NCBI GenBank assembly: GCA_048128005.1
Contig: JBEUKZ010000109.1
Coordinates: 62,001-126,000 of the forward strand
Length of the DNA stretch: 64,000 nucleotides
From: Veleropilina oligotropha
Taxonomy: Eukaryota
Reading direction: 5' to 3'
Position numbers and translations under genes: made by a program. Of the stretch, positions 46,925 through 61,100 are shown in pieces. Below the pieces are notes generated by a model, which worked only from the letters and a program-made list of their open reading frames with translations, did not search any database and had not been told where the DNA came from. The stretch's first letter is position 1; every line of letters starts with the position of its first letter.

Positions 46925-48829
46925 ACGATTAAAGATTCCTGTCGAATCTGGAGAAAGTCTTGCAGTGTCAGTTGTAAATTAAATTAAATTCCGCGTTTAT
47001 AATGATTGATGTTATTCGGTAAATTTTCTTTTTTTGTCTAGTTTTATTAAATGATAATTTCATTCCGTCTAATTCCATTTTAGAAGAATATTATGATGAC
47101 AATCAGAGACATAATTGTTATAATCTTACATATATCGCTTTTCTTTGAATGCATTTCTTTTTGCTGTTTATTCATTGGCAACTATATTTGAGCAAGGCAG
47201 CTGCAGATATCAAATTACTGTTGATTTGACTTACCATGGAAACCATGATAATAATACCTTTTCGAAATGGGTTTAATATTTATAATCTTCAAATATTGTT
47301 AAAGTTTTGAAAAAATACTTATGTAAATAATTATTTTTACTTCATTTTCGAGGTCACATGGTGTACTATTTTGTTCATTCAGTTGTTGTGGGCGCGATAT
47401 CTCAAGACCGAATGAACTTATTTCTTTTATATTGGGGGATACCGCTGACCCCATTCGATTGTGGTGACCTCGTCCTCATTTTCTATGCTGTAATTATACT
47501 CACTGAAGTTATGTATTGATGTAATCATATAATACAAAACTATTAGCGATCGTTTACTAATCATGGTTAATTAGTGCTAATTAGGCTATTAAATGTATTT
47601 TTCTTTAATGTATGCATGATATTGAAATACAGTATGAATTTTACTGGGACTACTAGATGGAAATGGAGTGGAATCTGTTCGTCCGGATGTGATACTATTT
47701 ACGTTGTCGACGCGGTCATGTTTAATTTCTGGTAGGATGTCTTCAGGTATTTCGTAAAAATCATCGATTAGCTGTGATCTTTCGGGAGCAGCAGCGTACA
47801 TGTGCATAGAGAATTACCAGCATATCTATAGCAAATATACTTACGTCCTTACTAATGCCATAATAAGCCTATTATCGCTAAATCCGGACAAGGTGGAAAT
47901 GGTAATTTCGCACTTTTTAGCAAATTTAACCCAGCTGACCCACTGACCTGCTCGACCTCCTCCAGTTCATGTCTATTAAGAGCTCGCCAACTCCCGCGAG
48001 ATCCTCGTGACCCAAGGGTCAAGACCTCATCCGAAGTTTTCCGCTCGATTGAACAAGTCGTGTTTTACTTTGCTCCACATTTTTTGTGAAAATCGATCTT
48101 TTCGAGCCTGATCTAAAGATCAATATAGCTCATAAGGTTGTTGATAGTGTTGCGTACACGTTTAGTGGAAAATTAGAGAGTTTTCCTCCTGAATAAGCCC
48201 TTCTTGGAAGTTTTTCCTGTCGACTACAGACAAAAAACGAAATCAACATCCTCCATTGACGACGCCATCTTGAAATTCTGAAAGAGAAAATAAAGAGGAC
48301 GCTCAGAGGGATATTTAAAGAAGGAAGCTCCCTAGCAATTACTACGGAGTCAGGAGAGAGTTGTATTATTGATATTGCTTGAATTTGCATTGCATTTCAT
48401 TTATATATACGATAATTCCTCAACGACGTTTTTCTTGCTATAAATTTATGTAATAAAATTTATCGTCGTTGAAAAGCAGATTGTTTAGAATTTAACTATC
48501 GTTATTTTGGTAAATCTGCTAAGTCGGGGATAACACGCCGAATTCTAACAAATTGATATATATACATCCAAGAGGTTTTAGGTGTAAAGGGCGGTTTCTG
48601 TATAAGAAAGACCTCCCGTTTCTCAATTCGTTGGCCGACTTGTAATAAAAAGGTTTATCAAAGTCGGTGTTTTTGGGGGTATAATCCGCCGTAAGTTTTA
48701 AGCGTATTTCAGCCTTTTCCAACTCTCGGATCAGGTACAATCGAGGTTGTAGTAGTAATTTGGTAAACTACCCAGGAAATATCCTTATCACTTAAAAACC
48801 CTATCTCCTACCTACCCGTGTAAGTAGCT

Positions 48830-51800
48830 ATGCAGCATTGCAGTGTTTCCGGGTGCCGACATAAAATCCGTGGTTTTGACAGGCACTCCGAATGCATTAT
48901 TCACCGTGTTTGTTCTAGCGATAAGAACCATCCATGTGAGCATTGTATAGCACTAACAAATCGGCAGTGGGAGACTCTTTTCCCATCGACGAAGACGACC
49001 AGGGTGTCTTCTTCCGATGGGACAGCCACCGAGAAGCTTAAAAGTTTAGAGACAGGCTTTGATCCTATTCTTTCTGTTTCAGATACTCTCGGTAATAGCC
49101 GTGTTGGGACAGCGGCTATCGCGGGATCCACCGTCCGAACCTCTGAGACTTTGGGAAAAGTCCCAGTAACTTCGTCGGGATCCATGGTTCAGGTACAGGC
49201 CCGAGTGCCGTCCGATTCCTCGCCTTTGGGCCTAGTAACCGCTGCTCATAGTATCTTGCCGGCCAGTAAGATACGTCGAGCGCTGCGGCGAAAAGCTGAG
49301 CAGGGCAGACAAAACCTTTCCTCTCCTCCGGCCTCGGAGGAGCAAGGCAGCGTTAGTCCTTCTGTGAGTCAAGTAACCTCTGAAAAGAGGCGAAGGAGAC
49401 TAGCAGAGAAAGTCGATACAGTCGCTGGGCACCACGAAAGTGGTTCAAGTCCCAGACGCTCGACGCAACCCGTCCTCTCGTCCGACACTGGCGCTAGCTT
49501 AAAGGCTAATTTCGCCACCGTCGGAGCCCACGAGAGTGATGGAAGGCCAACCTCCTCTGACGGTTCTTTTCAAGACGTCCCGGGTGGTGTGGTAGGACCG
49601 GCTGCGTTCGGGGCTGAGGCCTACGGCGGGTATACCCCCGTACCTCACTCGAGCAGGGTTACAGACCCGTATGGACTGTGGTCGCAGTCTTACGGGTCGT
49701 TCGCACCGTTTAACGCGCCTCCGGGCCGTTTCCCTGGTAGCGGTTTCCCGACAGGTAACCCGAGTCCCTGGTACTCGGCTCCACCTGTCCGTGCAGCCCG
49801 TCAACCATGCGCTACGGTATCCTCGAGCGGACCAATGGCTGTTGGTCCGACGTCCGTCATGCCTCCGGGTTTCTCTCTTGAGAGCGTCCAGGCTATGATT
49901 GCGATGGAAGTCGAGGCACGTTGTAGGTCCTGGCAACCGGCTACCCAGCCGCCCCAGGTCCCAACGTCTCTGACCGTAACGCCGGGCTCGGCTCATGTTT
50001 CGGTGATGGAAGTAGATTCTCGTACCAACGAGAACACCACTCCTACTCCTCACTCTGACCTCCCTGAATCGGTCGGACCAGACGGCTCTCGTAGTCGTTC
50101 TGGCACACATGAAGCCGTCTCCGCCACCCGCCGAAGGTACGACGCTGTTGCGTCGCTTCGCGGGGTGCTTGACTTGCTCGACCCGGCCTTGCCGGTAAGC
50201 GGAGTCACGCACAGGACAACGGCACGTCGGTTTGATGGGCCGGAAGCCCCCGTGCTTCCTACCCTACCCCAGTCTGGGTTGGTCTCGCTCGTCCTCGACT
50301 CGACGACTAAATCCATTCATGGGTCCAAATCGGTGGAGACTTCCACTTTAACGGAGTACCCTAGTGGTCTCCGTAAGGGAAGGTACCTCCGGCCCAGTAA
50401 GCGTCCGATTCCGATCGGGTGCTCTGGGACGTGTCTGGCGACCGAGCCGGTTCAGATCGATGCAGCGATGCGTCGCCTGTCGGCCAGTACGGCTCCCTCG
50501 GTAGTCAAAGTCCCATGGGTCGCCATGGAGGGCTTTGAGAGCTCCGCCCGTCGAGCTCTACGGCATTCCTCCATCCAGGATTCCTTCCTGAACGGAGCTA
50601 TTACCGTGCTACAACAGGATGGACCCCGCGCTCGAGAGATCGCACTGTCCTTCCTCGAAGAGGTTGCCGCCGCCACGGAGAACTACGCGTCGGAATCAGC
50701 CCGATCCTTAGGTAACGCGGTCCTACTCCGTAGAGACGCTTGCCTAGACGGCACCACGTTAGACGACGCCACCCGGCAGTCTCTACATTGCGTGCCGCTG
50801 TCGGCCCCTACTCTCTTCGGAGACAAATTCGCCGAATTTGTCGAGAACAGAGTGACCGACCTCAAGGATCGCGCTGTTGAGAAGGCAGTCTTGGATACTC
50901 CTCGTAGTACGTCGGCTGCCACCTCAAGGAAGCGCTCGGGACCGTCCCGGTCCCATAAGCCTTCCAAGCGTGCCAAACCTTCGCATAGTGGGCCTTCTCA
51001 GGCCAATAAATCTACTGCGAAAACGGCACCTCCGACCAAATCCCGTCAGAGCGGGAGAGGGAAGCCGCGGTCTAGGGTTGCCGACGCTCGCGACGAGCCC
51101 AGTTACACGCTGCCGCCGGTGGGAGCGTGTCTGTTAGAGTACAGCCTGTCCTGGCTAGAAATGACAGAGGACAACTGGGTTCACTCAGTCGTGAGTGCCG
51201 GATACAAGTTGGCATTCGACCGGCATCCAACCCTAGACGCGACACTACCACCAGGACGCGCTCGTCTCCTGATAGGAGAAAAACAAGCCGTCCTAGACCA
51301 GGCAGTGCGGGATTTACTCTCAAAGAGAGCGATCTATCCCGCGCCGCCCAGCACACCAGGATATTACAGCCACTTTTTCCTGGTCCCGAAACCCGATGGC
51401 CGTTGGCGACCGATCCTCGATCTGTCGTTCCTCAACCAGTATCTTCGTACCGAGAAGTTCAAGCAAGAAACACTCTCGAAGATACGAACGGCCATCCGTC
51501 CGGGCGACTGGGCAGCGTCTATCGACTTAACCGATGCGTACCTACACGTTCCGATGCACGTCTCGGCTCACCGGTACCTACGGTTTGTTCACGGGGGAAC
51601 GGTCTACCAATTCAGGTGTCTACCGTTCGGTCTATCGTCAGCCCCGTACGTCTTCACGCGGGTAGTACAGGCCCTCGGGGCCTTCCTACACTCGCAAGGG
51701 CACAGAGTACACATGTACCTCGACGACTGGTTGATTCTCGTGGCGTCCCGGGATCAGTGCCTCCAGTCTATGAGCGTTACCCTGTCATCGGCGAAGCGCC

Positions 51801-53140
51801 TAGGATTACAGATCAACAACGACAAATCCTGCTTCGTGCCCTCGACGACGTTTATATTTCTAGGGGTCGAATTCGACACGGTCCGGTACACCGCGAAACC
51901 GACTCAGAAACGTATAGAGAACCTACGCGCAGTTATACTGGAAACAAAGTCTTCACGGATAACTACAGCGCGACGACTGGCCACTGTCCTAGGGCACATC
52001 GAGTCGGTAGCTCCCCTGTTACCGACGGGTCGCATGGACAAACGACCGTTGCAGCAGGCCTTCAAGGACCGCTGGATACAACGTACGGGACAGTGGACGG
52101 ATCGCATCGATCTACGGCATTGGTTCAATCGCACGACAGCAGTGTGGTTGAACACTACCCTGCCGAGCCAGTCGGTTCCAATATCCCCCCCAGAACCGAA
52201 CGCCTACCTCTTCATGGACGCGTCAAACGAGGGCTGGGGAGGGCACCTCGACAGTCACGAGACATCGGGCCTATGGCCTACGGACCTTCAGGGACGACAC
52301 ATCAACCTCCTAGAGTTAGAAGCCGTCTACCTGTCAGTACAGTCCCTCTCGTCACATCTCCGCAACAAGCACATCATGCTAGCAACGGACAACACGACTG
52401 TCGTCGCTTACATTCAGCACCAGGGCGGTACCCGCTCCCGTCCGCTTTGCGACCGAGCGATCGACCTACACCGCCTAGTGATGTCCCTCAACTCGACAAT
52501 TCGAGCCCGACACATCCCGGGGAAGCTGAACGTCAGAGCGGATACGCTCTCTCGGAAAACACAGATAATACACACAGAGTGGATGCTACACGCCCGTGTA
52601 GCCCGAGATGTCTGTCGCCTGTGGTCGACGCCTCAAGTCGATTTATTCGCAACCGAATACAATCACCGACTCCCCCTCTATGTGTCTCCTTACCCGGACC
52701 CGGCCGCTATAGCGGTCGACGCTCTGTCAATGAGATGGGAGAATCTGATTGCCTACGCCTTCCCACCGTCGTGCATGTTAGCACAAGTCCTACGGAAAGC
52801 GACCCGCGAAGACTGCGAGTTAACGCTAATAGCGCCACTACAACGCACGCAGTCCTGGTTTCCGACACTTCTGGATCTACTCATCGATCAGCCACGAGCG
52901 CTACCGCAGATGACAGACCTGTTATCGCAACCGCGCAGTCGGGTTCTACACCCGTCGGCGAGCGAGTTTCACTTTCACGCCTGGCGACTATCGAGAGATC
53001 GCTCATTGAGAAAGGCTTTTCTAGAGCGACAGCCCAGCGCATCCACCGATCTAGAAGGCAATCTACAACAAGCTACCTATGGAAGAAATTTGTGGATTGG
53101 TGTCGCGGGCGGCAAGTCAATTTATTCCGCCCCCCTGTGA
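48830..53140 (+). CDS. In-frame gag-RT-RNaseH-MT fusion ORF (DIRS copy 3)
   Basis: 1436 aa. gag homology runs straight into PPVGACL and the RT (YLDD), RNase H and methyltransferase-like motifs. Confidence 0.85.
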   Translation: MQHCSVSGCRHKIRGFDRHSECIIHRVCSSDKNHPCEHCIALTNRQWETLFPSTKTTRVSSSDGTATEKLKSLETGFDPILSVSDTLGNSRVGTAAIAGSTVRTSETLGKVPVTSSGSMVQVQARVPSDSSPLGLVTAAHSILPASKIRRALRRKAEQGRQNLSSPPASEEQGSVSPSVSQVTSEKRRRRLAEKVDTVAGHHESGSSPRRSTQPVLSSDTGASLKANFATVGAHESDGRPTSSDGSFQDVPGGVVGPAAFGAEAYGGYTPVPHSSRVTDPYGLWSQSYGSFAPFNAPPGRFPGSGFPTGNPSPWYSAPPVRAARQPCATVSSSGPMAVGPTSVMPPGFSLESVQAMIAMEVEARCRSWQPATQPPQVPTSLTVTPGSAHVSVMEVDSRTNENTTPTPHSDLPESVGPDGSRSRSGTHEAVSATRRRYDAVASLRGVLDLLDPALPVSGVTHRTTARRFDGPEAPVLPTLPQSGLVSLVLDSTTKSIHGSKSVETSTLTEYPSGLRKGRYLRPSKRPIPIGCSGTCLATEPVQIDAAMRRLSASTAPSVVKVPWVAMEGFESSARRALRHSSIQDSFLNGAITVLQQDGPRAREIALSFLEEVAAATENYASESARSLGNAVLLRRDACLDGTTLDDATRQSLHCVPLSAPTLFGDKFAEFVENRVTDLKDRAVEKAVLDTPRSTSAATSRKRSGPSRSHKPSKRAKPSHSGPSQANKSTAKTAPPTKSRQSGRGKPRSRVADARDEPSYTLPPVGACLLEYSLSWLEMTEDNWVHSVVSAGYKLAFDRHPTLDATLPPGRARLLIGEKQAVLDQAVRDLLSKRAIYPAPPSTPGYYSHFFLVPKPDGRWRPILDLSFLNQYLRTEKFKQETLSKIRTAIRPGDWAASIDLTDAYLHVPMHVSAHRYLRFVHGGTVYQFRCLPFGLSSAPYVFTRVVQALGAFLHSQGHRVHMYLDDWLILVASRDQCLQSMSVTLSSAKRLGLQINNDKSCFVPSTTFIFLGVEFDTVRYTAKPTQKRIENLRAVILETKSSRITTARRLATVLGHIESVAPLLPTGRMDKRPLQQAFKDRWIQRTGQWTDRIDLRHWFNRTTAVWLNTTLPSQSVPISPPEPNAYLFMDASNEGWGGHLDSHETSGLWPTDLQGRHINLLELEAVYLSVQSLSSHLRNKHIMLATDNTTVVAYIQHQGGTRSRPLCDRAIDLHRLVMSLNSTIRARHIPGKLNVRADTLSRKTQIIHTEWMLHARVARDVCRLWSTPQVDLFATEYNHRLPLYVSPYPDPAAIAVDALSMRWENLIAYAFPPSCMLAQVLRKATREDCELTLIAPLQRTQSWFPTLLDLLIDQPRALPQMTDLLSQPRSRVLHPSASEFHFHAWRLSRDRSLRKAFLERQPSASTDLEGNLQQATYGRNLWIGVAGGKSIYSAPL

Positions 53141-54050
53141 CACAATTTATCGAGTTTTTATCGTCGTTGCTCGAACGTGGAATGTCCATTTCCGCTGTCA
53201 AAGGCTACCGCTCATGCGTAGCAACGACGTTACTACAAGGCCGCGTGCACACCCGCTTGTCTACCGACAAGACAATATCGGATTTTATACGCTCCTGCAA
53301 AACTCGAACGACCCATTCTACAGGCGCGACCGCCTGCGTGACGTGTCTTGTTGATTCTCAAAGCTCACCTAGATGTCCGTTCGACCCTACGAGTGAATGC
53401 TTCCTCAAAAATCTCACTTATTAGACCGTTCTACTTACCGCTCTCACGACTGGTAACAGGGCATCGGCGATACACGCATTATCCGGTGAGCTGCGGGATA
53501 TACACTTCCACACCGATGGGTCGGTGACGCTGCATACGGTCCTTGCCTTCTTAGCGAAGACACAACGACCTGAAGATGTCTGTCCCGAGGTTTGTATCCG
53601 TAACCTCTCCATGTTGGATAGAGACGATATCAACTGGCTGATCTACCCCGTTCGTGCGCTGAGATTCTATCTTGACTGGACCCGTTGTGACCTACGGCAG
53701 GGCAAAAGCTTTTATTCATAAAACCATATGTCCCAATTCAACCGCGACATTCGCATGCCGACTGTATCACGTTGGAAGTCTCTATTGTAAATGGAATTTA
53801 CGAGCGGTCCTACACGCCAGATCGAGATCTCGTCAATTCCCGCGCATGAAACACGGGTCTTTGCGACTTCACTGCCCTTCAAGTATAATTTACATATCAA
53901 TGCAGTCTTGAAGGCCGGTTATTGAAAGAATGCTTATTCCTTTGTTCGCCTTTACCTGCGTGCTTACGCAACCACGGCTCTAGCGATCATAGCATTTCGG
54001 TTGTCGCTGCAAATCAGCTTTGTATTACAGGATTTAGGTCATCCTATCAG
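51076..54050 (+). pseudogene. DIRS tyrosine recombinase (copy 3), disrupted
   Basis: Frame open to 53424, then stops and frameshifts. Remnants FLAKTQRP, PVRALRFYLDWTR and AHETR. Confidence 0.85.
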
Positions 54051-55101
54051 TGATTGGTTAAACTTTCCCAAGGATTATTACCAAGGAACTGAGGTAATGA
54101 AATGTTTTTCTATTCGTGTACATTGTAACACACTTAGAATTTTACTCCAATGTTATTTCTTTCTTAAAACTGATTAAGAAATTGAAATTATCTATTCATA
54201 CCGAGTTAATATGAAGTAATGCCCACGTTGGATGTGAACATTTATATTACGAAATCTTAATACTGTTTTTTGTATATAATATTATTTTAAAAATGTTCTC
54301 CTTGCTGTCACCGAACATTTCAATGTGCGTACATTGGAAAAAATTTAATATTATTCTCTACTTAAAATTATTTAAGTAACATGTATCATGTTGACATTTT
54401 GCAAGTTGGACATGCAAAAATTTATTATTCAAGATGAAGTTATTGAAATTTTCTTCAATCTATTGATATTTGTCACGGTTTTATAACACTATCAACCTGC
54501 CTAGGTTCGGGTGCTTCTAAAAACCACGTCTTGCAGTTTTCTGTCTGCCGACCTTTGAGTCCGGAATATTCAGATCGCTGTCTTTGCTCATGACACGAGT
54601 GCCTCAAGGTATACCTTCCGCCGGTGTCCGGAGCTACATGCACTTTCATGTTACCTGTCCGACTAACATCCCTGGCGTGTTTTCCCAGATTTCTTGGTCG
54701 AAATCTCACCTCAGGGTAAGGGTAGATTTGATGCTCAGTAAAATCCACTCTGAACGGACTCTATCTCAACGCTAAAGCGTCGTCTTCTGGTAACAAGTAA
54801 GTTTTAATTTTGGTGTATGGAACTTATAAATCCGCCAACCAAAGTTATTCTTGGCATTAGTAAGGACGTAAGTATATTTGCTATAGATATGAGGATTAAG
54901 AGTAATCCCTAGTATCTATAATAATATACTTACGTCCTTACCCACTTGGCCCACCCTGCTTCGCACCTCCCCTCTTATATAAGTTCTTTGTCTTGGGGTT
55001 TGCAGAAACTTCGGATGAGGTCTTGACCCTTGGGTCACGAGGATCTCGCGGGAGTTGGCGAGCTCTTAATAGACATGAACTGGAGGAGGTCGAGCAGGTC
55101 A

Positions 55102-58100
55102 TAGTCTGGCAGTCAACTAGCTTAACCTGGAAGTGGAGTATATACAATGTTTTTTGATTGATTTTGGTCACTGAGACCATAAAGATTGAAAATCCGCGTG
55201 ATGACACCCTGTCATCTTTGGGCAACTTTTCTAATTTGCATAAAACCAAGATGGCCGCCAGTGTTCTATTGAATATACTATAATTAAGATATCTCGGCTT
55301 CTAGAAGGGATTTTAAAACAATCTAAACTGTTTTAACAGGGCTTTAAGACATTAGGAACCAAATGGAATAATTTTTAATATGATTCGAAAACTCCTTCAT
55401 TTGCATAAATCCAAGATGGCCGCCGTACGAACTACACAATCTTCAATTGTAATATATACTTAACCAAACTGTCTTTTTGTATGTTTTCGATGACAAGGGA
55501 CATATTTTAAGCATCAATGACTTTACGACACAAGGAACACAATGGAATAGCTTTAATTATCATTTGACAACTCCATCATTTGCATGAAACCAAGATGGCC
55601 ACTCTCAAATGTCTCATGAGACCGGTTTTATGTCCCCACATTCTGGATACAATTTTGGATACATTTGAAATTCTTATATTACCATGTTAATAGCTTTATT
55701 TTAATATGCCAATGCTGAACCAGCCATGGCGCATAAATAAATCATTCACATTTCCTCTCCTAAACTACTGTGATATTATTGTTTTTAGTATATGACATTT
55801 CACACAGTTATCAATATGATATTTCTCTCATGTGTCTGTGTTGACATTAATACCTGTCTAATTGTCATCGTCGTCATCTGCATCAGAGGCTACATCACAA
55901 TTAGTCAATTCGTTATGACAGTCCTCAGCATGACACCCGCAGAATACAGTGCACGGTAGTTTACCGCTCACACATCCACATCTTCCTGACTTGCAAGGTC
56001 TATCACTTTCACAAGCGCAGCGAATCAGTTTCAAAATCTCTTGTGGGGCAAGGGACACATCTTCATGTATCGGTTTAGGCAGCATAGTCTTGGAACTGTC
56101 GTCACGAACGTATCCATGTTCTGTGGGATCTAGCGAGGGAGGGTCTAGATCCAAAGCATGTTTCCAAACAGCTGCCTGCAGGTGTGCTCGTTTGACATTT
56201 TCCAGAAATGATTCTGTTGTGGGAGGTAGAGACTTCAGCTTTGGTATGGCTGTGGTGCCCTTTCCCACCTTTGTGGCCCATGACTTCTTCCTTGCTTCAG
56301 ACATATTACTACAGTCCTTGTGTCCATAGCATGCGGCCACAAACTTGGATGCCTGTCTTGTTATATCTGGTAACAATGCATGAATGTCACCCAAAAGTGA
56401 CAAGGAGTAGCCTTCTCGCAGTACTTTCAGTACCCTGACTTTACCAATACCGAAATAGCATGCACATGTATCACAACCCGATAGGGCGTGCATAGACAAC
56501 AGTCCATCTACTATGCTCTGATGTTGTTTAACAGTAGCTTGTATGTCAATAACATTTCTACCATGAATCGGCGATTCCATGATCATGTGACTGGTTAACT
56601 GTCGCTCAAAGTAGTGGTGAAGCAGAAGGATGAAGACGTCGGTGTCATCTGCAATCACTGACACGCCTACTTTGCATTCAGTCGCGACTGTTACTGCTTG
56701 TTGAACAATGATGCAGTCTGCCTCTTCATGAGATGTAGACATGTCTTCGCGGTTGATCACCACTCCCCCATAACTTATTTCAACTGGTGTGTTATCACAA
56801 CTGCTAGTGATGACAAGTTTGTGGGCCATTGTGTAGTCTCGATGGAAAGTAGTGTCTCTGGTAAGCTCTTGACATATAATTTCCATCAGCTGTGATTTAT
56901 TTTCTGACACTGTCAGGACAACTTTCTGTGGGGGTAGAGGTGTATCTAGAGCCAGTCGGTGTACTCTGCTTGCTTCTGTTGTTCTATTGCATCTGGTCGT
57001 ACTCTTGGTACTGAAATCCTGGTACCTGTCGAACACGAGATAGACATCGCTATAAGTAAGTTTATGTTGGATGTACTGTTTGAAGTTCACAACAAAGTCA
57101 CGGACTGTCCCATTCGCTGGCCAGTGTATCACCCAGAGGACAGCTGAACCATCTAGCACCCTGCAGTCGACTTTGGGTGATACATTCCTTGATGCCATTT
57201 CAACTTGTAGTTGCTTCTTCAACTGTGCCTTAGCCTTTCCAGTTCTCATGTCACCCGAGTCGTTGAACATCGATGTAGGCACCGGAGATAGCTCATACGA
57301 TAGTAATGTCTTGATGTCTATTGTGTCACGACAGCTAGCTTGGAGTCCTATTACTCGGGAAAAGAGAAGAGTGGTATTGAACAATTTTGCTGTACCAATA
57401 TTCACATGCTTTTTTGTTACTTGCATTGTCACCACCTTTTTAGAAATGGGATTGTAGAAGCCATCTGGCCAAGCACTCTCGAATTCTTTCATTTGTTTGG
57501 TCCCAATGGTCACAGTCTTATCAACGTTCACTGAAACAGGTGCCACTCGACCACTGACAATGTTCACTATCTTGTCTGCTTCGTTGCTGGTGGACAGAGG
57601 ATCGATGCTCCGATCTAACTTCTGACGAATGGTTGCCCTGTCAGCTGCGTCTGCTGCAATCCTCGATTTCTGCTCCTCTTTGTGGGTGTCCTGTCTTGCT
57701 TCATGATCTGGGTCACTCATACGGGCAATGTCTTCAAGCAGCTTACTTCGAATGTGCAGACCAAGTGCCCATGTCTTCAGAGTGTCTGGTCGCAGCGTGA
57801 TTCCAATGATTCCCCCATGGCTGTGACCATACCTCATGAAGGTGGTCTCTATAAACATGTCACTCCAGATGCCGTTCCATACACCTGGAATGTGGTGCAT
57901 GACATGTTCACCTTTCATGAATCTATCTCTGACCTCTGATGGCATTCCTTCCATTGACCGAAGGTAATATAGCCCATATCGTGCATAATTGACATGCCCG
58001 CTGGCGAAAAAGTAAGGCATCATCTGTTGAACAGCCTCCCGATGAAGTGGCCAGTCACCTTCCCTCTCTGCTCTGATGTACTGCATCATGATGAAGACTG

Positions 58101-61100
58101 GTTTAATAACCACATCGACCCACAACTTTGCCGTTCTGCTGCTCGCCATATCGTCAAGGAATAAGATGAGTTCATCATAACTTGCCATGTTATTTTCATG
58201 TACAATCCTACGCAGCAGTTCCTCGGCAACAATGCGAAGGGCGCGCACATTCTGTGGAAACTTCTTTCCAGACAACATTTTTGCAACCCCCGAAAAGGCT
58301 TCATTCATGACCTCTGCGATTCCACTTTCTGCCATCAAGCTTCCAACTGCCCCAACAAAGCTCATTAGCATATGCATGCCGCCAAGACGCAGTACTACAT
58401 GTTCAAACTGCTCTGGATGTGTCCATAAGATCTGTAATGATACCCTGTACAGTTGTTGATCACATGTAAAGATGGTAAATTCCTGGCCAGTTTGTGCTGT
58501 TAGTCTTTCAGCCTGTACTAAGGCGGTCATCATCGTATCCGGATCTGCTGGTGGCATGTCAATAAGAGGCATGTACACTGCCTTATTCTTGGGTGACAGG
58601 GACTGCCCATGCTCTCGACACAGTTTTGTGTTGTATCCGTTGAACTCCGGACATGCATCACCAGACGTAATGTCCTTGATAAAGGCAAAGTCATTTACCG
58701 TAGCTCTCTCTTTTGCAATGACCTTGTGAGCCAAGAACTTTAGAGGCAATACTACTCTCTTGGTAGCTTTCATGGGCATGTTTGGTTTCTTTGGTCCATT
58801 GTATCGTTGAATCTCCAGTTCATATTGAATTGGAGTTGACATATCAGCTTTCTTCACACGGGGGATCGTTTGCTGCACAGCATCCTGTGATACAGATGTA
58901 TGTTGTGGCTGTGTCAGGAGTAGAGCTAAGGAATGTGTGGACAACTTTCCATTTTGAGAAGATATGTCGGCATCAAAGTTGTCAGCGACTGCCTGCACTA
59001 ACCCCACATGACAATCAGATAAACCAGCCAGACTGGTTTCTGTGGAGGCTGCTATTGCGGCCGATTTCTTGAAGCGAAGAACTTCATCATATGAGCACGA
59101 GACTCCAAAATGATGCAGTTGTTTTACTATGTCCTTTGAGTCCTTCATAAGTATACCTAGTGCAATCTGAAGCGTTGTTGGGATGTTCCTGAGCAAACTG
59201 GTAATGATATTGCCGATGAGTATTGCTGGTAGAGTTTTGTCTAGTTTTGGCGATATTTTCGCTAGCAAATGAAATAGTGTGTCACTTACACAGTCTGCGG
59301 CACTGTCTTTGTCAATTCGGATGTCATAATGCCGTTCAATGTGCTCTACATCTTGGAGTTCTTGAATGATCTTCTTTCCCACACTGTTGATTGCACTATC
59401 TAGTTCACCACAGTCATCAGATGGAACCAGCTTTAGGAGACCCGAAGTTTTGCTTCTAAATACAACGAGGTTAGCTACGCCAGGAGACGATAGCACAAGG
59501 AGATCTTCACCAAAGTGATGTGAAAGTTGTTTCACCAATTGCTTTCGCGCCGTCAGTCTGGTACCCCCATTGTCTTCATACAATTGGAACAACTCTACAG
59601 AGTTCCAGATTTGAGAAAGGTCTTGATTAAGTGTGTTAACAAGTGCATTGAAAGCATCGTCATTCTGTCCAGCATGTGATACGCTTGCAGAGGCACACTT
59701 AACCGATCTTTCGCCCAGGAATTTCGACATGCAATCAACATGGTAACGTGCATCGGCAGCATGCAAGTCACTGAGCGCTCCCAGTACACGTACTCTCACC
59801 TCGCTAGCCCAGCCATCATTTCGCGTGTCACATGTCTCGAGAATTACGTATTTGAATGATTTCGCACCACTACCTCGATCAGCGGTCCTGCATAAAACAG
59901 CACGTCTCCAGCGATCGGGGTGCTTTGGATCCTTTTCAATATCACACGGAAGGCCACAAAATATACAATGATGCAGGAACTCAAAGTTAGATGCACCAGA
60001 TCTGCGTTGTTGTTTCTTAGGTATACCTCCAGACGTTTGTGGTGGGACTCCTTGTCTTTTGAGGTGTCTATTCACCTGTTGTTGTGAAACATATGTCGAC
60101 ACACAGTTTCTGTGACACTGAATCGTAAGGTCACTGTTAGCGTCAAGTTTTTCTTGTAGCACCACATGTAGGCCATCACCATATTGTTTGCTACACTTGA
60201 TGATTGTCTTTATTCTCGCACTCCCAGCAGAGCTCAAGTCTGTGGCACCCGGATCACATCCAAACTTCCACTTGAAACAGCACTCTTCTTCCTCCATATT
60301 TCTTTTACTGAAAACAGAAGTTAGTACATTAGAAAACAAGAGACCCAGATACCTTAACGTTCACCTGAAGGACTGAGTGCAATTTTCTCTTTTTTCCAAC
60401 ATGTGATTTTTGCTTAGTCAAGGGCAATAACTGTGTCGTTACTGAATGGATCGGCATCAAGAATATGAGGTGCGTAACTACACATGATGACAAACATTAT
60501 ATTACTGTAACATTTGGCAACTCTAGGTCAACATTTTTCTTTTTTTTTTCTTTTCTTTTTTAAATGTTTGACAAGGTCGTAATAGCATGTACTATGCCTC
60601 AGCATATCAGTTACTCCACTGTGATACTAGTATAGGCTGTCGCCATGTCAAGTGAGACGGAATAAAGACTGCATGTACCGTTCAATGGAATGGAGACTGG
60701 TTCTGGCTCACATCTTGATGGTGTCCAACTGTTGTCGGGTCGGCAGATAGTGTAACGATGGCGGGTGATGGCCTCTGGTCATGTTGATGGTATGTCTGAA
60801 AAATGATTATGGACGTCTATAGGTCTACATATTTGCCAGCATGAGCAAATTTAGGAACAGGTGGGGAGTTATTCATCAGTCCGAGTACTGTTACCGTCCG
60901 GATATAGGGACATAGATTGGTCGAAAATGACTATCTTCACATTCACGAAAAAATTGGGCAGGGGTTTGGGGCCCAGAACTGCTTTTAGTTTTTTTTCCAG
61001 GGTGGGGAGGGGGGGGGGCGTTACTCATCATTCCGACTACTGGTACCGTTCGAGTATTGGCATGTAAACACATTAACTATATTCAGCATTTATAATATAA

